Assembly: GCA_963700695.1 (NCBI GenBank)
Contig: CAVOYO010000003.1
Span: 61,180 to 125,179, forward strand
DNA: 64,000 nucleotides
Reading direction: 5' to 3'
Origin: an uncultured Acidobacteriota bacterium
GTDB taxonomy: Bacteria; Acidobacteriota; Vicinamibacteria; Fen-336
Shown: one piece after another, positions 50,327-59,669 of the stretch
Numbering within the stretch: position 1 is the first letter of the stretch
Layout of the letters: each line of letters opens with the position of its first letter
Made by a program: the position numbers and the translations under genes
The notes under the pieces: generated by a model
Seen by the model: only the letters and a program-made list of their open reading frames with translations
The model's database searches: none
Told to the model about the DNA's origin: nothing

Positions 50327-52696
50327 ATGGAGCCGGAGCTCGTCTCGGTGGCGCTGCCTCTGCCGTTCCAGGCGCCGTTCACCTACCGTCTGCCGCGGGG
50401 GGCGGCGATTCCGCCGACGGGGTGCCGCGTCCAGGTGCCCTTCGCGGGGCGGCGGGTGATTGGCGTGGTGACGGGGCCGGCGGACAGGCCGGGGGAGAGG
50501 CTGAAGCTCCGGGACGTCACCGCGGTTCTGGACGAGAGCCCGCTGGTCACCCAGCCTCTGCTGGACCTCGCCTCCTGGGTCGCCGAGCACTACCTCGCTC
50601 CTCCCGGCGAGTGCTTCCGGCTCGTGATGCCGCCGGCCGGGGTCCGAGCGAGCCGGGCGGTGGTGAGGCTCGTTCGTCCGGAGGCGGAGCCCGACGATCC
50701 CGTGGTCGAGGCCCTGCGGGCGAAACCGCTGCGTCTGTCGACCCTCGGCCGCCGCCTGGGCGGGGACCCGCAGGCGCAGGTCGCCCGGCTCCGGCGGGCG
50801 GGGGTCGTCGAGGTGGAGCAGGCGATCGACGCCCCCGGCTTTCGTGACCGCCAGGTCGCGGTCCTGGTCGACGGTGACGGTGCCCCGAGGGGGCGGGCAC
50901 AGGCCGAGGCGCTCGACCGTCTCCGCTCCGCCGGCGGGCGGGCGCGCGTGAGCCACCTCGCCGAGGGGCGACCTTCGATTCGCGGCGCGCTCGGGCGGCT
51001 GGCGGGGAAGGGACTCGTCAGGCTGGAGCAGGAGCGGGACGTCCGTTCGCCCGAGGGCCTGCCGGTTCCGGGGGCCACCGTGCTGACGCCCACGGAGGAT
51101 CAGGTCCGGGTGCTCGAGCCCCTCCTCGAAGCGGTGCGCTCCGCAGGGTCTGGCTCGTTCCTGCTGCACGGCGTCACCGGCAGCGGCAAGACCGAGGTCT
51201 ACTTCAGGACCATCGAGGCCGTCCTCGAGGGGGGACGGGGCGCCGTCGTGCTCGTCCCCGAGATCGCCCTGACCCCGCTCCTCGTGCGCGCCGCCCGAGC
51301 GCGCTTCGGGGAGACGGTGTCGGTGCTGCACAGCGAGCTCTCGAAGGGGGAGCGTCACGACCAGTGGTGGAGGATCCGGGAGGCCGAGGCCCGGGTCGTC
51401 GTGGGGGCGCGCTCGGCCGTCTTCGCCCCTGTTCCCGAGCTGGGGCTGGTCGTCGTCGACGAGGAGCACGACGCCGCCTACAAGCAGGACGAGAGTCCCC
51501 GCTATCACGGGCGCGACGTGGCGGTGATGCGGGCCCAGCTCGAGGGCTGCCCGGTTCTCCTGGGCTCGGCCACCCCGTCCGTCGAGTCACACACGAACGC
51601 GCTGAAGGGCAAGTACGTCGGGCTCTCGATGCCGGACCGCATCGGGACGCGTCGACTGCCGCGGGTGGAGGTGGTGGATCGACGGCAGATGATCAAGGCG
51701 GGGGGAGACCCGATCCTGGGTCCGACGCTGCGCGAGGCCCTGGCCGCGCGAGTCGAGCGGGGGGAGCAGGCACTGCTCCTCCTGAACCGGCGGGGCTACG
51801 CCACGAGCCTCCTGTGCCGCGAGTGCGGCGAGCAGGCCGCCTGCCCCAACTGCTCGGTCTCCCTGACGCTGCACCGCGGCGGAAGCCGGGCGTTGTGCCA
51901 CTACTGCGGCCACGACGTGCGGGCGCCCTCCGCCTGCGCGGCCTGCCGCGGGCCGTATCTGAGGCTGACGGGCTACGGGACGGAGAAGGTGGTGGAGGCG
52001 GTGAAGACCATCCTGCCCTCGGCACGTGTCGAGCGCCTCGACCGCGACCGCGCGAGCCGGCGCGGGGTGCTTGCCGAGGTCCTGGCCCGCTTCGAGGCGG
52101 GCGAGATCGACGTCCTGGTCGGCACCCAGATGATCGCCAAGGGGCACGACTTCCCCCGCGTCACCCTGGTCGGCGTCGTCGACGCCGACGTGGGGCTGGG
52201 GCTTCCCGATTTCCGCTCGGCCGAGCGCACCTTCCAGCTCCTCACGCAGGTGGCGGGACGCGCCGGTCGGGGGGACGTGCCGGGGGAGGTCATCCTGCAG
52301 AGCCACCTGCCCGACCACTACGCGATGGGCTTCGCCTGCGCCCAGGACTACGCCGGGTTCTACGAGCGGGAGATGGAGTTCCGGCGGACCATGGCGTACC
52401 CGCCGACGGTCGCCCTCGTGAACGTCGTCATCCGTGCCGACCAGGCCGGGACCGGGGCCCGGGCGGCGGACGCCCTGGCCCGACGGCTGCGGGAGTCGGC
52501 CCGGGGACGGTTTCGTGTGCTGGGCCCCGCCCACGCCCCTCTGGCCCGCCTGAAGAGCGAGCACCGGTTCCAGGTCCTTCTGAAGGGCCCCCGGCCCGCC
52601 ATGCGCGAGGCGGTGCGCGAGGCGCTCGTCGAGGCCCACGGCCCGCAGCGCTGGCCGAAGGTCGCGGTGGACGTCGATCCCCTGACTGTCATGTGA
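50327..52696 (+). CDS. priA: primosomal replication protein N' (PriA helicase)
   Basis: Intact (about 789 aa from MEPELV); LLHGVTGSGKTEVY, VVDEEHD, zinc-binding CRECGEQAACPNCSVSLTLH...CHYCGH...CAACRG, VGTQMIAKGHDFP, GRAGRG. Confidence 0.92.
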   Translation: MEPELVSVALPLPFQAPFTYRLPRGAAIPPTGCRVQVPFAGRRVIGVVTGPADRPGERLKLRDVTAVLDESPLVTQPLLDLASWVAEHYLAPPGECFRLVMPPAGVRASRAVVRLVRPEAEPDDPVVEALRAKPLRLSTLGRRLGGDPQAQVARLRRAGVVEVEQAIDAPGFRDRQVAVLVDGDGAPRGRAQAEALDRLRSAGGRARVSHLAEGRPSIRGALGRLAGKGLVRLEQERDVRSPEGLPVPGATVLTPTEDQVRVLEPLLEAVRSAGSGSFLLHGVTGSGKTEVYFRTIEAVLEGGRGAVVLVPEIALTPLLVRAARARFGETVSVLHSELSKGERHDQWWRIREAEARVVVGARSAVFAPVPELGLVVVDEEHDAAYKQDESPRYHGRDVAVMRAQLEGCPVLLGSATPSVESHTNALKGKYVGLSMPDRIGTRRLPRVEVVDRRQMIKAGGDPILGPTLREALAARVERGEQALLLLNRRGYATSLLCRECGEQAACPNCSVSLTLHRGGSRALCHYCGHDVRAPSACAACRGPYLRLTGYGTEKVVEAVKTILPSARVERLDRDRASRRGVLAEVLARFEAGEIDVLVGTQMIAKGHDFPRVTLVGVVDADVGLGLPDFRSAERTFQLLTQVAGRAGRGDVPGEVILQSHLPDHYAMGFACAQDYAGFYEREMEFRRTMAYPPTVALVNVVIRADQAGTGARAADALARRLRESARGRFRVLGPAHAPLARLKSEHRFQVLLKGPRPAMREAVREALVEAHGPQRWPKVAVDVDPLTVM

Positions 52697-52717
52697 GCGG
52701 AGCCGGAGCCTTACGCG

Positions 52718-53728
52718 CTACTGGAGGTTCAGGAAGCGGGACAAGCCCACGGCCTCGAAGAAGTCGGTCCAGGACCAGATGATCGGGTTCGGGACGAAGC
52801 ACAGGATGAAGACAACGAGGCTCAGAAGGCCGACGAGCTCGCGGCCCCGTCCCACCGGCAGGCGGTCGTTCAGGGTCGGCGGATGCCGGCGGCCGAGGAC
52901 ACGCAGGAGAATCGCCCAGAGGATCCAGTTGGGACCGAAGTAGACGAGGGCCACGCAGACCCAGGAGCCGATGCGCGAGATCCGCTGCGCGCGCTCCTTC
53001 AGGAGCGAGTAGGTGACGTGCCCGCCGTCGAGCTGGCCGATCGGCATGAGGTTGAGAGCGGTGACGAACAGACCAAACCAGGCGGCGAGGCCCAGGGGCC
53101 CCAGCGTGAGCGTCATCTCGTCGGGAACCACCCCGTGGACGAGTCGTGCCGCCCACTGGAAGAGGAGCGGTTCCCCGAGAAAGATCCCTCCGGCATCGGG
53201 AGGAAGGACGGTCATCCGGGCCTCTTGAAGGCCGAGCCACAGCACGGGCAGGCAGACGGCAAAGCCGGCCAGCGGGCCGGCCACCCCGATGTCGAAGAGC
53301 GCGCGACGGTGGGGGATGGGGGCACGGATGCGGATGAAGGCGCCCAGAGTGCCGACGAGGGTGAACGGGGCGGGCAGGAAGAAGGGAAGCGTGGCGTCCA
53401 CGCCGTAGTACCGGCAGGCAAGGTAGTGGCCCATCTCGTGGGCGAGAAGGATCCCGAGAAGCCCCGCCGCGAGGCGGAAACCCGCCGAGACGTCGACCAC
53501 CTCGAAGATGCCCTGGCCCGGGATGATGACGGTCTGAGCGGACTGGAAGACGCCGGTCACGAAGACCGAGGCCACCGTCAGGATGAAGAGAACGAGGTTC
53601 CGTCCCCACCTCTGCCAGGCGTTCTGGGGCGGAGGTGGGGTGTAGATCCAGACGGGGGCTCGGTAGGCGAGCGGGTCTGCCAACCGGTTCGGTTCCTCCG
53701 AACCACCGGGGAGCGTGGGAGAGCCCAA
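52718..53728 (-). CDS. site-2 protease family (peptidase M50) membrane metalloprotease
   Basis: Intact 336 aa; multi-TM; HEMGHYLACRYYGV (HExxH), NLMPIGQLDGGHV. Confidence 0.85.
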   Translation of the reverse strand: MGSPTLPGGSEEPNRLADPLAYRAPVWIYTPPPPQNAWQRWGRNLVLFILTVASVFVTGVFQSAQTVIIPGQGIFEVVDVSAGFRLAAGLLGILLAHEMGHYLACRYYGVDATLPFFLPAPFTLVGTLGAFIRIRAPIPHRRALFDIGVAGPLAGFAVCLPVLWLGLQEARMTVLPPDAGGIFLGEPLLFQWAARLVHGVVPDEMTLTLGPLGLAAWFGLFVTALNLMPIGQLDGGHVTYSLLKERAQRISRIGSWVCVALVYFGPNWILWAILLRVLGRRHPPTLNDRLPVGRGRELVGLLSLVVFILCFVPNPIIWSWTDFFEAVGLSRFLNLQ

Positions 53729-53747
53729 GTCGGGGCGAGAGCTGGCG

Positions 53748-54020
53748 CTAGAGGGCGAGGTTCTGGAGGTCCTTGCCGGGCTTGAAGCGGATGGTCCGTC
53801 CCGGCGGGATCTTGACCTCCTTGCCGGTGCGTGGGTTGCGGCCGATGCCGCGCTTTCTCGGCTTCACCTGGAAGACGCCGAAGCCTCGGAGCTCGATCCG
53901 GTCGCCCTTCATCAAGGAGTCCTTCATCGCTTCGAGGACGGCCTCTACCGCCACCTCTGCCTTGACCTTCGTGATGTCGGCGGCCCGCGCCACCTCGTTG
54001 ATGATGTCCACCTTGATCAT
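53748..54020 (-). CDS. HU/IHF-family DNA-binding protein (IHF-beta/HU-like)
   Basis: Intact 90 aa; MIKVDIINEVA..., IELRGFGVFQVKPRKRGIGRNPRTGKEVKIPPGRTIRFKPGK; GGAGGAGG RBS. Confidence 0.9.
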   Translation of the reverse strand: MIKVDIINEVARAADITKVKAEVAVEAVLEAMKDSLMKGDRIELRGFGVFQVKPRKRGIGRNPRTGKEVKIPPGRTIRFKPGKDLQNLAL

Positions 54021-54049
54021 GGGGATGGACCTCCTCCTAAGTAACAGCT

Positions 54050-54079
54050 AGTATAGGCTTTGCTCGTTTCCGCTGTCAA
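54050..54079 (-). promoter_or_regulatory. consensus sigma70-type promoter TTGACA-18-TATACT for the HU-family gene
   Basis: The minus strand reads TTGACAgcggaaacgagcaaagccTATACT, about 30 nt upstream of the ATG and followed by GGAGGAGG. Confidence 0.5.
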
Positions 54080-54091
54080 ACCGCGACCCAG

Positions 54092-55411
54092 ATGATCCCT
54101 CTCCCGCGCATCGCTCTCGTCGGTCGCCCCAATGTCGGGAAGTCGACGCTCTTCAATCGGATCTGCGGGCGCCGCAAGGCCATCACCGACGGACGGCCGG
54201 GCTCGACGCGCGACCGCAACTACGCCCAGGTGGAGTGGCAGGGGGCCGCCTTCGAGCTGATCGACACCGGCGGCCTGCTCCTCGGGACCGACGACCCGCT
54301 CCTCGGCCCCGCGGTCGAGCAGGTCCAGCGGGCCATCGAGGAGGCGGACGTCGTGCTGTTCCTGGTCGACGGCCGGGCTGGTCTCCTGCCCGACGACGAG
54401 GAGATCGCCCGCCAGCTCCGGCGCCACGGGCAAGCGCGTGATCCTGGTGGTGAACAAGGTCGAGGGGCCCTCGGTCGGGCCCGGCGAGTTCGCCCGGCTG
54501 GGCTTCGGGCCCCTGTTCGCGATCTCGGCCGAGCACGGCCAGGGCATCGGCGACCTGCTCGACGCGGCCCTCGAGGGGCTTCCCGTTGCGGTCCTGGAGG
54601 ATGGGGCATCGCCACCCCTCCGTCTGGCGCTCGTCGGTCGCCCCAATGTCGGCAAGTCCTCTCTGCTCAACCGGCTCCTCGGCGCGGAGAGGGCGGTCGT
54701 GTCGGCCATCCCCGGCACGACGCGGGACTCCGTGGACAGTCCGTTCGAGCGGGATGGCCGGCGCTACCTGCTCGTGGACACGGCGGGGATCCGGCGCGTG
54801 CGTCTGCTCAAGGAGAACGTCGATCACGTGAGCGTCGTTCAGGCGCGACGGGCGATCGAGCGCGCCGACGTGGGCGTGGTCGTGCTGGACGCCGAGTCGG
54901 GCCTGCGGGAGATGGACGCGACGATCGCGGGCCGGGTCGTCGAGGCCGGCCTCGGGCTGGTCCTCGCTGTCAACAAGTGGGACACCGCCCGTGGCCATGG
55001 ACTCACCCAGCGGACGCTTTCGAGCGGGACGTTCGGGACGCGCTCAAGTTCGCCCCGTGGGCCCCGGTGGTCTTCGTGTCGGCGACGAAGGGCCAGGGGC
55101 TGGACCGCCTCCTCGCGACGGTGGGGAAGGTCGAGGACACGCGGCGCTTTCGGGTCACCACGGGGGAGCTGAACCGCCTCCTGGCGCGGGCGGCCCAGGC
55201 GCACAGCCCGAAGCCGGACCGGGGACACCGATCGGTGCGGATCCTCTTCGGGAGCCAGATCGGCACCGCCCCCCCCACCTTCGCCCTCTCCGTGAATCAG
55301 CCCGTCGACCTGCACTTCTCCTACAGACGGTACCTGGAGAACCGGATCCGGGAGGCCTTCGGGTTCGAGGGGACCCCCCTGCGGCTCAAGATCCGCCACC
55401 GAAAGCACTGA
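54092..55411 (+). CDS. der: ribosome-associated GTPase Der/EngA (two compensating frameshifts near 54430 and 55000)
   Basis: Two GTPase domains, each with GRPNVGKS(T/S)L; DTGG / DTAG; NKVE / NKWD; C-terminal KH-like domain ...PPTFALSVNQPVDLHFSYRRYLENRIREAF. The middle third lies in the 54438..55172 frame. Confidence 0.9.
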   Translation: MIPLPRIALVGRPNVGKSTLFNRICGRRKAITDGRPGSTRDRNYAQVEWQGAAFELIDTGGLLLGTDDPLLGPAVEQVQRAIEEADVVLFLVDGRAGLLPDDEEIARQLRRHGQARDPGGEQGRGALGRARRVRPAGLRAPVRDLGRARPGHRRPARRGPRGASRCGPGGWGIATPPSGARRSPQCRQVLSAQPAPRRGEGGRVGHPRHDAGLRGQSVRAGWPALPARGHGGDPARASAQGERRSRERRSGATGDRARRRGRGRAGRRVGPAGDGRDDRGPGRRGRPRAGPRCQQVGHRPWPWTHPADAFERDVRDALKFAPWAPVVFVSATKGQGLDRLLATVGKVEDTRRFRVTTGELNRLLARAAQAHSPKPDRGHRSVRILFGSQIGTAPPTFALSVNQPVDLHFSYRRYLENRIREAFGFEGTPLRLKIRHRKH

Positions 55412-55446
55412 CCCGGGACCTCAAGTACTCGTTGAGGCTTTGCGCC

Positions 55447-55475
55447 TTGACACCGCACCGGTGTTCTCATATACT
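55447..55475 (+). promoter_or_regulatory. consensus sigma70-type promoter TTGACA-17-TATACT upstream of ihfA
   Basis: TTGACAccgcaccggtgttctcaTATACT read directly; about 75 nt upstream of the ihfA ATG. Confidence 0.55.
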
Positions 55476-55481
55476 CCCTCC

Positions 55482-55504
55482 GCACTTCGGACGTAAGTGC
55501 TTTT
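55482..55504 (+). promoter_or_regulatory. 5'-proximal hairpin GCACTT-CGGACGT-AAGTGC followed by TTTT in the predicted ihfA leader
   Basis: Begins about 7 nt after the -10 element; a second T-run (GATTTTT) lies 11 nt further on. Could be a stabilising 5' stem-loop or a weak attenuator. Confidence 0.35.
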
Positions 55505-55549
55505 GGTGGTGGGATTTTTCGTGACTCGCAACGGAGCTGACGCGGGGCC

Positions 55550-55828
55550 ATGACCAAAGCCGACATCGCCCGGATCGTGTACGAGCGACACGGCGGGATC
55601 TCGAATCGCGAGGCGGCGCGCCTCGTCGAGATCATTTTCGAGAGCATCAAGCGCCACCTGGGCGACAGCGACAAGGTCCAGATCACCGGGTTCGGTACGT
55701 TCCTGGTCCGCCAGAAGAGGGAGCGCCGTGGGCGCAACCCCCAGACTGGAGAGGAGATGCTGATCAAGCCCCGAAGTTCCGTCGTCTTTCGCCCGTCCAA
55801 GCTTCTCACGCCGGCCCTGAGCGATTAG
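55550..55828 (+). CDS. ihfA: integration host factor alpha-like (HU/IHF family)
   Basis: Intact 92 aa; [13 protein letters not shown]..., [42 protein letters not shown]. Confidence 0.88.
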   Translation: MTKADIARIVYERHGGISNREAARLVEIIFESIKRHLGDSDKVQITGFGTFLVRQKRERRGRNPQTGEEMLIKPRSSVVFRPSKLLTPALSD

Positions 55829-55844
55829 GCTATACCGCCTCGCG

Positions 55845-56246
55845 ATGGACAAGGCGATCCCCAACAAGCTCTTCTTCAAGATCGGTGAGGTCTGCGAGAT
55901 CACCGATACCCAGCCGTACGTCCTGCGGTACTGGGAGTCGGAGTTTCCGGCGCTCGCCCCGGCGAAGAACAGCTCCGGTCAGCGGATCTACCGCCGGAAA
56001 GACATCGAGACCGTCCTGCGCATCAAGCAGCTGCTCTACGAAGAGGGCTTCACGATCGCCGGGGCGAAGAAGAGGCTCGAGTCGGAGATGAGCGGGCGCG
56101 GCCCCACGCCACAGTCGATGGCGAGCCAACCGGACCCGCCGCCGGCGGAGGGTGACGACCGCACGCGTACCGTACTGTTCGAGGTGAGGGACCAGCTCCG
56201 GGAGATCTTGACCCTCTTGGACAAGGGTGCTAAAAGGGTCAACTGA
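55845..56246 (+). CDS. MerR-family transcriptional regulator
   Basis: Intact 133 aa; [69 protein letters not shown]. Confidence 0.85.
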   Translation: MDKAIPNKLFFKIGEVCEITDTQPYVLRYWESEFPALAPAKNSSGQRIYRRKDIETVLRIKQLLYEEGFTIAGAKKRLESEMSGRGPTPQSMASQPDPPPAEGDDRTRTVLFEVRDQLREILTLLDKGAKRVN

Positions 56247-56251
56247 CCAGT

Positions 56252-56328
56252 CGGGATGTAGCGCAGCCTGGTAGCGCACCTGCTTGGGGTGCAGGTGGTC
56301 GCCGGTTCAAATCCGGCCATCCCGACCA
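56252..56328 (+). tRNA. tRNA-Pro (anticodon GGG)
   Basis: CGGGATG TA GCGC AGCCTGGTA GCGC A CCTGC TTGGGGT GCAGG TGGTC GCCGG TTCAAAT CCGGC CATCCCG A CCA. Confidence 0.9.
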
Positions 56329-56386
56329 TTCATCGAACTCGCGATCGGCCCCGGGGACCGCGCTCCCGGGGCTTTGCTTTGAGGCC

Positions 56387-57269
56387 ATGACCGAACCGCT
56401 CATCCTGGTGACCAACGACGACGGCGTGCGAGCCCGGGGGATGCCGATCCTCGCGAATGCGCTCGCGAGCAGGCGCAGACGTGCACGACGTGGCCCCGGA
56501 TCAGGAGCAGAGCGCCACCTCTCACTCCGAATCGGCGCTCTCACTCGCTGAACATCAAGGATCCGCTTCGCGCGCAGCGGATCGAACCGCAGGTCCACGC
56601 GGTGAACGGCACCCCCGCGGACTGCGTCCATCTCGCCATGATCGAGCTGCTGCCGAGACGGCCCGACCTCGTGGTCTCTGGCATCAACGCAGGGACCCAA
56701 CCTCGCCGACGACATCTACCGCTCCGGTACGGTGGCGGGCGCCCGCGAGCGGCGGTTCTACGGCGTGCACGCGATCGCGATCCTCGTTCGCCGCCCGTGA
56801 CGGGGAGCGACTTGAGCCATGCCGCCGAATTCGCGCGGAGGCTCTCCGCCCGCGTACTCGCGGACGGACTGCCTGGCGGAGCTTCCTGAACGTGAACGTT
56901 CCCGCCGGGTCCGCCGGACGGAGTCCACTGACCGTCCAGTGGCAGCCCTCGCACGCAGCCGGGCCCGTCGAAGGCCCCGGGAACCCGGGTGCGGGCTACT
57001 ACTGGGCCGACGAGGACCGGCACCGGTGGGAGAGCGACGCCCCCTCGGATCGGGGCGTCATCAGCAGCGGCCGGATCTCGGTGACGCTCATCCAGACCGA
57101 CTGCACCAACCACCGGTTGACGGACAGGCTGCAGGGCTGGGCCCGGGACCTGAATGGAGCGGCCCGGGAGGGGCAGCCGACAGGCGGCTGGCGCCGAAGA
57201 GCGCTGAGAGCGCGGTTGGAGCGTCCCGGCGCGCGTGGTGTAGAATTGGGTCCTTCGCTCGGGGCGTAG
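56387..57269 (+). CDS. surE: 5'/3'-nucleotidase SurE (multiple frame changes; 3' end uncertain and, as drawn, touches the next tRNA)
   Basis: MTEPLILVTNDDGVRARG... / VAPDQEQSATSHS / VNGTPADCVHLAMIELLPRRPDLVVSGINAG / SGTVAGAREAA-like / GRISVTLIQTDCT in different + frames. Confidence 0.75.
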
Positions 57270-57336
57270 CGCAGCCTGGTAGCGCGCTTGGTTCGGGACC
57301 AAGAGGTCCGGAGTTCAAATCTCCGCGCCCCGACCA
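57260..57336 (+). tRNA. tRNA-Pro (anticodon CGG)
   Basis: CGGGGCG TA GCGC AGCCTGGTA GCGC G CTTGG TTCGGGA CCAAG AGGTC CGGAG TTCAAAT CTCCG CGCCCCG A CCA. Confidence 0.9.
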
Positions 57337-57505
57337 CTTCCACCAACAACTCGCTTGTGCGTCAAGACCTCGGAGTTGCCGGGGGGGAGGTCCCTCGGTG
57401 CCGCTGAGGGTCGGGACGCCCGGCTTGGCGTGGAGGCGATCCGGACGGCGGCAGGCCGCGTCGCCTGCACGAAGAAGCTAGAATCCGTGCGGGGGAGCCC
57501 CTCGG

Positions 57506-59657
57506 ATGAAGGTGGCCATCGTCTACAACCGGAACAGCCAGAACGTCATCAACCTCTTCGGCATGCCGAACCGCGAGAAGATCGGCATGAAGACCATCGG
57601 CCGCCTCGCCGATGCGCTCCGCAAGGGCGGTCATCAGGTGGTCGCCTTCGAGGGCGACAAGGATCTGATCGAGAAGCTCGAGGATTTCATGCCGCGGGTC
57701 GTGCAGGGAGAACGCCCGGGCATGGTCTTCAACGTGTCCTACGGTCTGCAAGGCCAGGCGCGCTACACGCACGTGCCGAGCATCCTGGAGATGGTGGGCA
57801 TCCCGTATGTGGCCTCGGGGCCGATGGGGCACTCGTTGTCCCTCGACAAGGTCGTGACGAAGATGATCCTCAAGCAGCACGGCCTTCCCACGCCGAACTT
57901 CACGGTGATGCACGCCCCGGATGCCCCGGTCTCCGGGCTCGCCTATCCGATGATCGTCAAGCCCCGGAACGAAGCGGTGTCGTTCGGGCTCAAGGTGGTC
58001 CACGACGAGGGCGAGCTGCGCGAGGCGGCCCGGGTGATCTTCGACGAATACAAGCAGCCGGTCCTCGTCGAGCAGTTCATCGAAGGCCGGGAGATCAACG
58101 TCGGCCTCCTCGGGAACAACCCCCCGGAGGCGTTTCCGCCGGTGGAGCTGGGATTCGGCGATGGCCCCTCGGTCTATAGCTACGAGGACAAGACCGGTCG
58201 AAGCGGACGGGTCATCGAGCACATCTGCCCGGCGCCGATCGGGGAGGAGATCAGCCGCCGGGCCCAGGAGATTGCGATCGGGGCCTTCCAGGCCCTCGGG
58301 TTGCAGGACTGCGCCCGTGTCGACATGCGCCTCGAGGGGGAGGGAAGCCTCTACGTCCTCGAGACCAACAGCCTCCCGAGCCTGGCCGAGCGCGGCTCCT
58401 ATCTCGTCGGGGCGGCTCATTTGGGCCTCGACTTCACGTCGTTCGTCAACCGCCTGGTCGAGGTCGCGAGCGCCCGCTACTTCGGTACTCCCGAACCGCC
58501 GGTCCTCGACGCCCGCCGGGTCGACACGCGCTCCCACGCGGTGGGCTTCGTGACCCAGCGCCGGGAGGTGATCGAGCGCCGGCTCCGGGACTGGGTGGCG
58601 GTGTCGAGCCCCACCTCGGACCCCGTGGGGATCCAGCAGGCGGTCGCGCGCGCCACCGCCCTCTTCGACGATCTGGGCATGAAGGCGGTGGGGCCCCTCA
58701 CCGACCCGCCCCACGCATGGACCTGGGAGACTCAGGCTGGCCTGGATGGCGGCATCCTGCTCGTGGCCCACGTGGACGTCACCGCGGTGGCCTCGACCCC
58801 ACACCAGCCCTTCCGCCGTGAGCCGGAGTGGCTCCACGGCGAGGGTATCGGGAGCTCTCGGGCCCCGCTGGTCATGATCGAGTTCGCACTGCGAGCGCTC
58901 CGTAGCATCCGGCGCCTGCGCAGACTGCCCCTGGGTGTCCTGCTGTACGCGGATGAAGGTCGGGATGCCCGCGACAGCGCAGAGGCGATCCGGACGGCGG
59001 CGGGCCGAGCAAAGCGGGTGATCGTCCTGCGGCCGGGTCTGCCCGACGAGGGCGTCGTCTTGCAGCGGCGCGGCAACCGCCGCTTTCACCTCCGCGTGGC
59101 GGGCGTGGCAGTCAGCCTGGGGCGAGCCGCGCGACAGAAGGGCGTGCTCCGGTGGACGTGGGACCGCCTGGAGGCGATCTCGCAGCTCGGCTCGTCAAGA
59201 AGCCGGGTCTCGGTGTCGGTGCTGGTCGATCGGGACCGAGCGCCACCCCACGCGCCTCCCGCACCGGGTGACGGCGACGCTCCTCATGACCTACCCGGAC
59301 CCGAAGACGGCCGACCGGACCGAGGAGCGGATGCGGACCCTGCTGGGCAAGCGCGGCCCGAGGTGGGAGCTTGTCCGCGAGGCCGACCGCCCCCCCATGC
59401 GCGAGCGCCCAATCAACACACGGCTCTACGGCGCGCTGGCCGCCGTGGCCACGGACCATGGCCTGAAGCTCAAGAAGGACAGCTCGGCCTGGGCCTCGGT
59501 GGCCGGACTGGTGCCGGCGAAGACGGCGGCTGTGTGCGGCTTCGGTCCCACGACGAAAGAGCGGGGCAAGCCCCAGGAGGCGGTCTCGCGGATCGCCCTC
59601 ATCCAGCACACCCTCATCCTGGCGGATTTCCTCGCTCGCGAGCTCGAGCAGAGGTAG
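57506..59657 (+). CDS. ATP-grasp (D-Ala-D-Ala ligase-like) / M20-peptidase-like fusion protein, paralog 1 (one frameshift near 59233)
   Basis: N-terminal about 330 aa: MKVAIVYNRNS..., MIVKPRNEAVSFGLKVV, LVEQFIEGREINVGLLGN, LYVLETNSLPSL (E-x-N Mg site). C-terminal about 380 aa: ILLVAHVDV (HxD), WLHGEGIGSSRAPL, VLLYADEG, and after the frame change MTYPDPKTADRTEERMRTLLG...CGFGPTTKERGKPQEAVSRIALIQHTLILADFL. Confidence 0.75.
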
Positions 59658-59669
59658 GGACCCGGGCCC

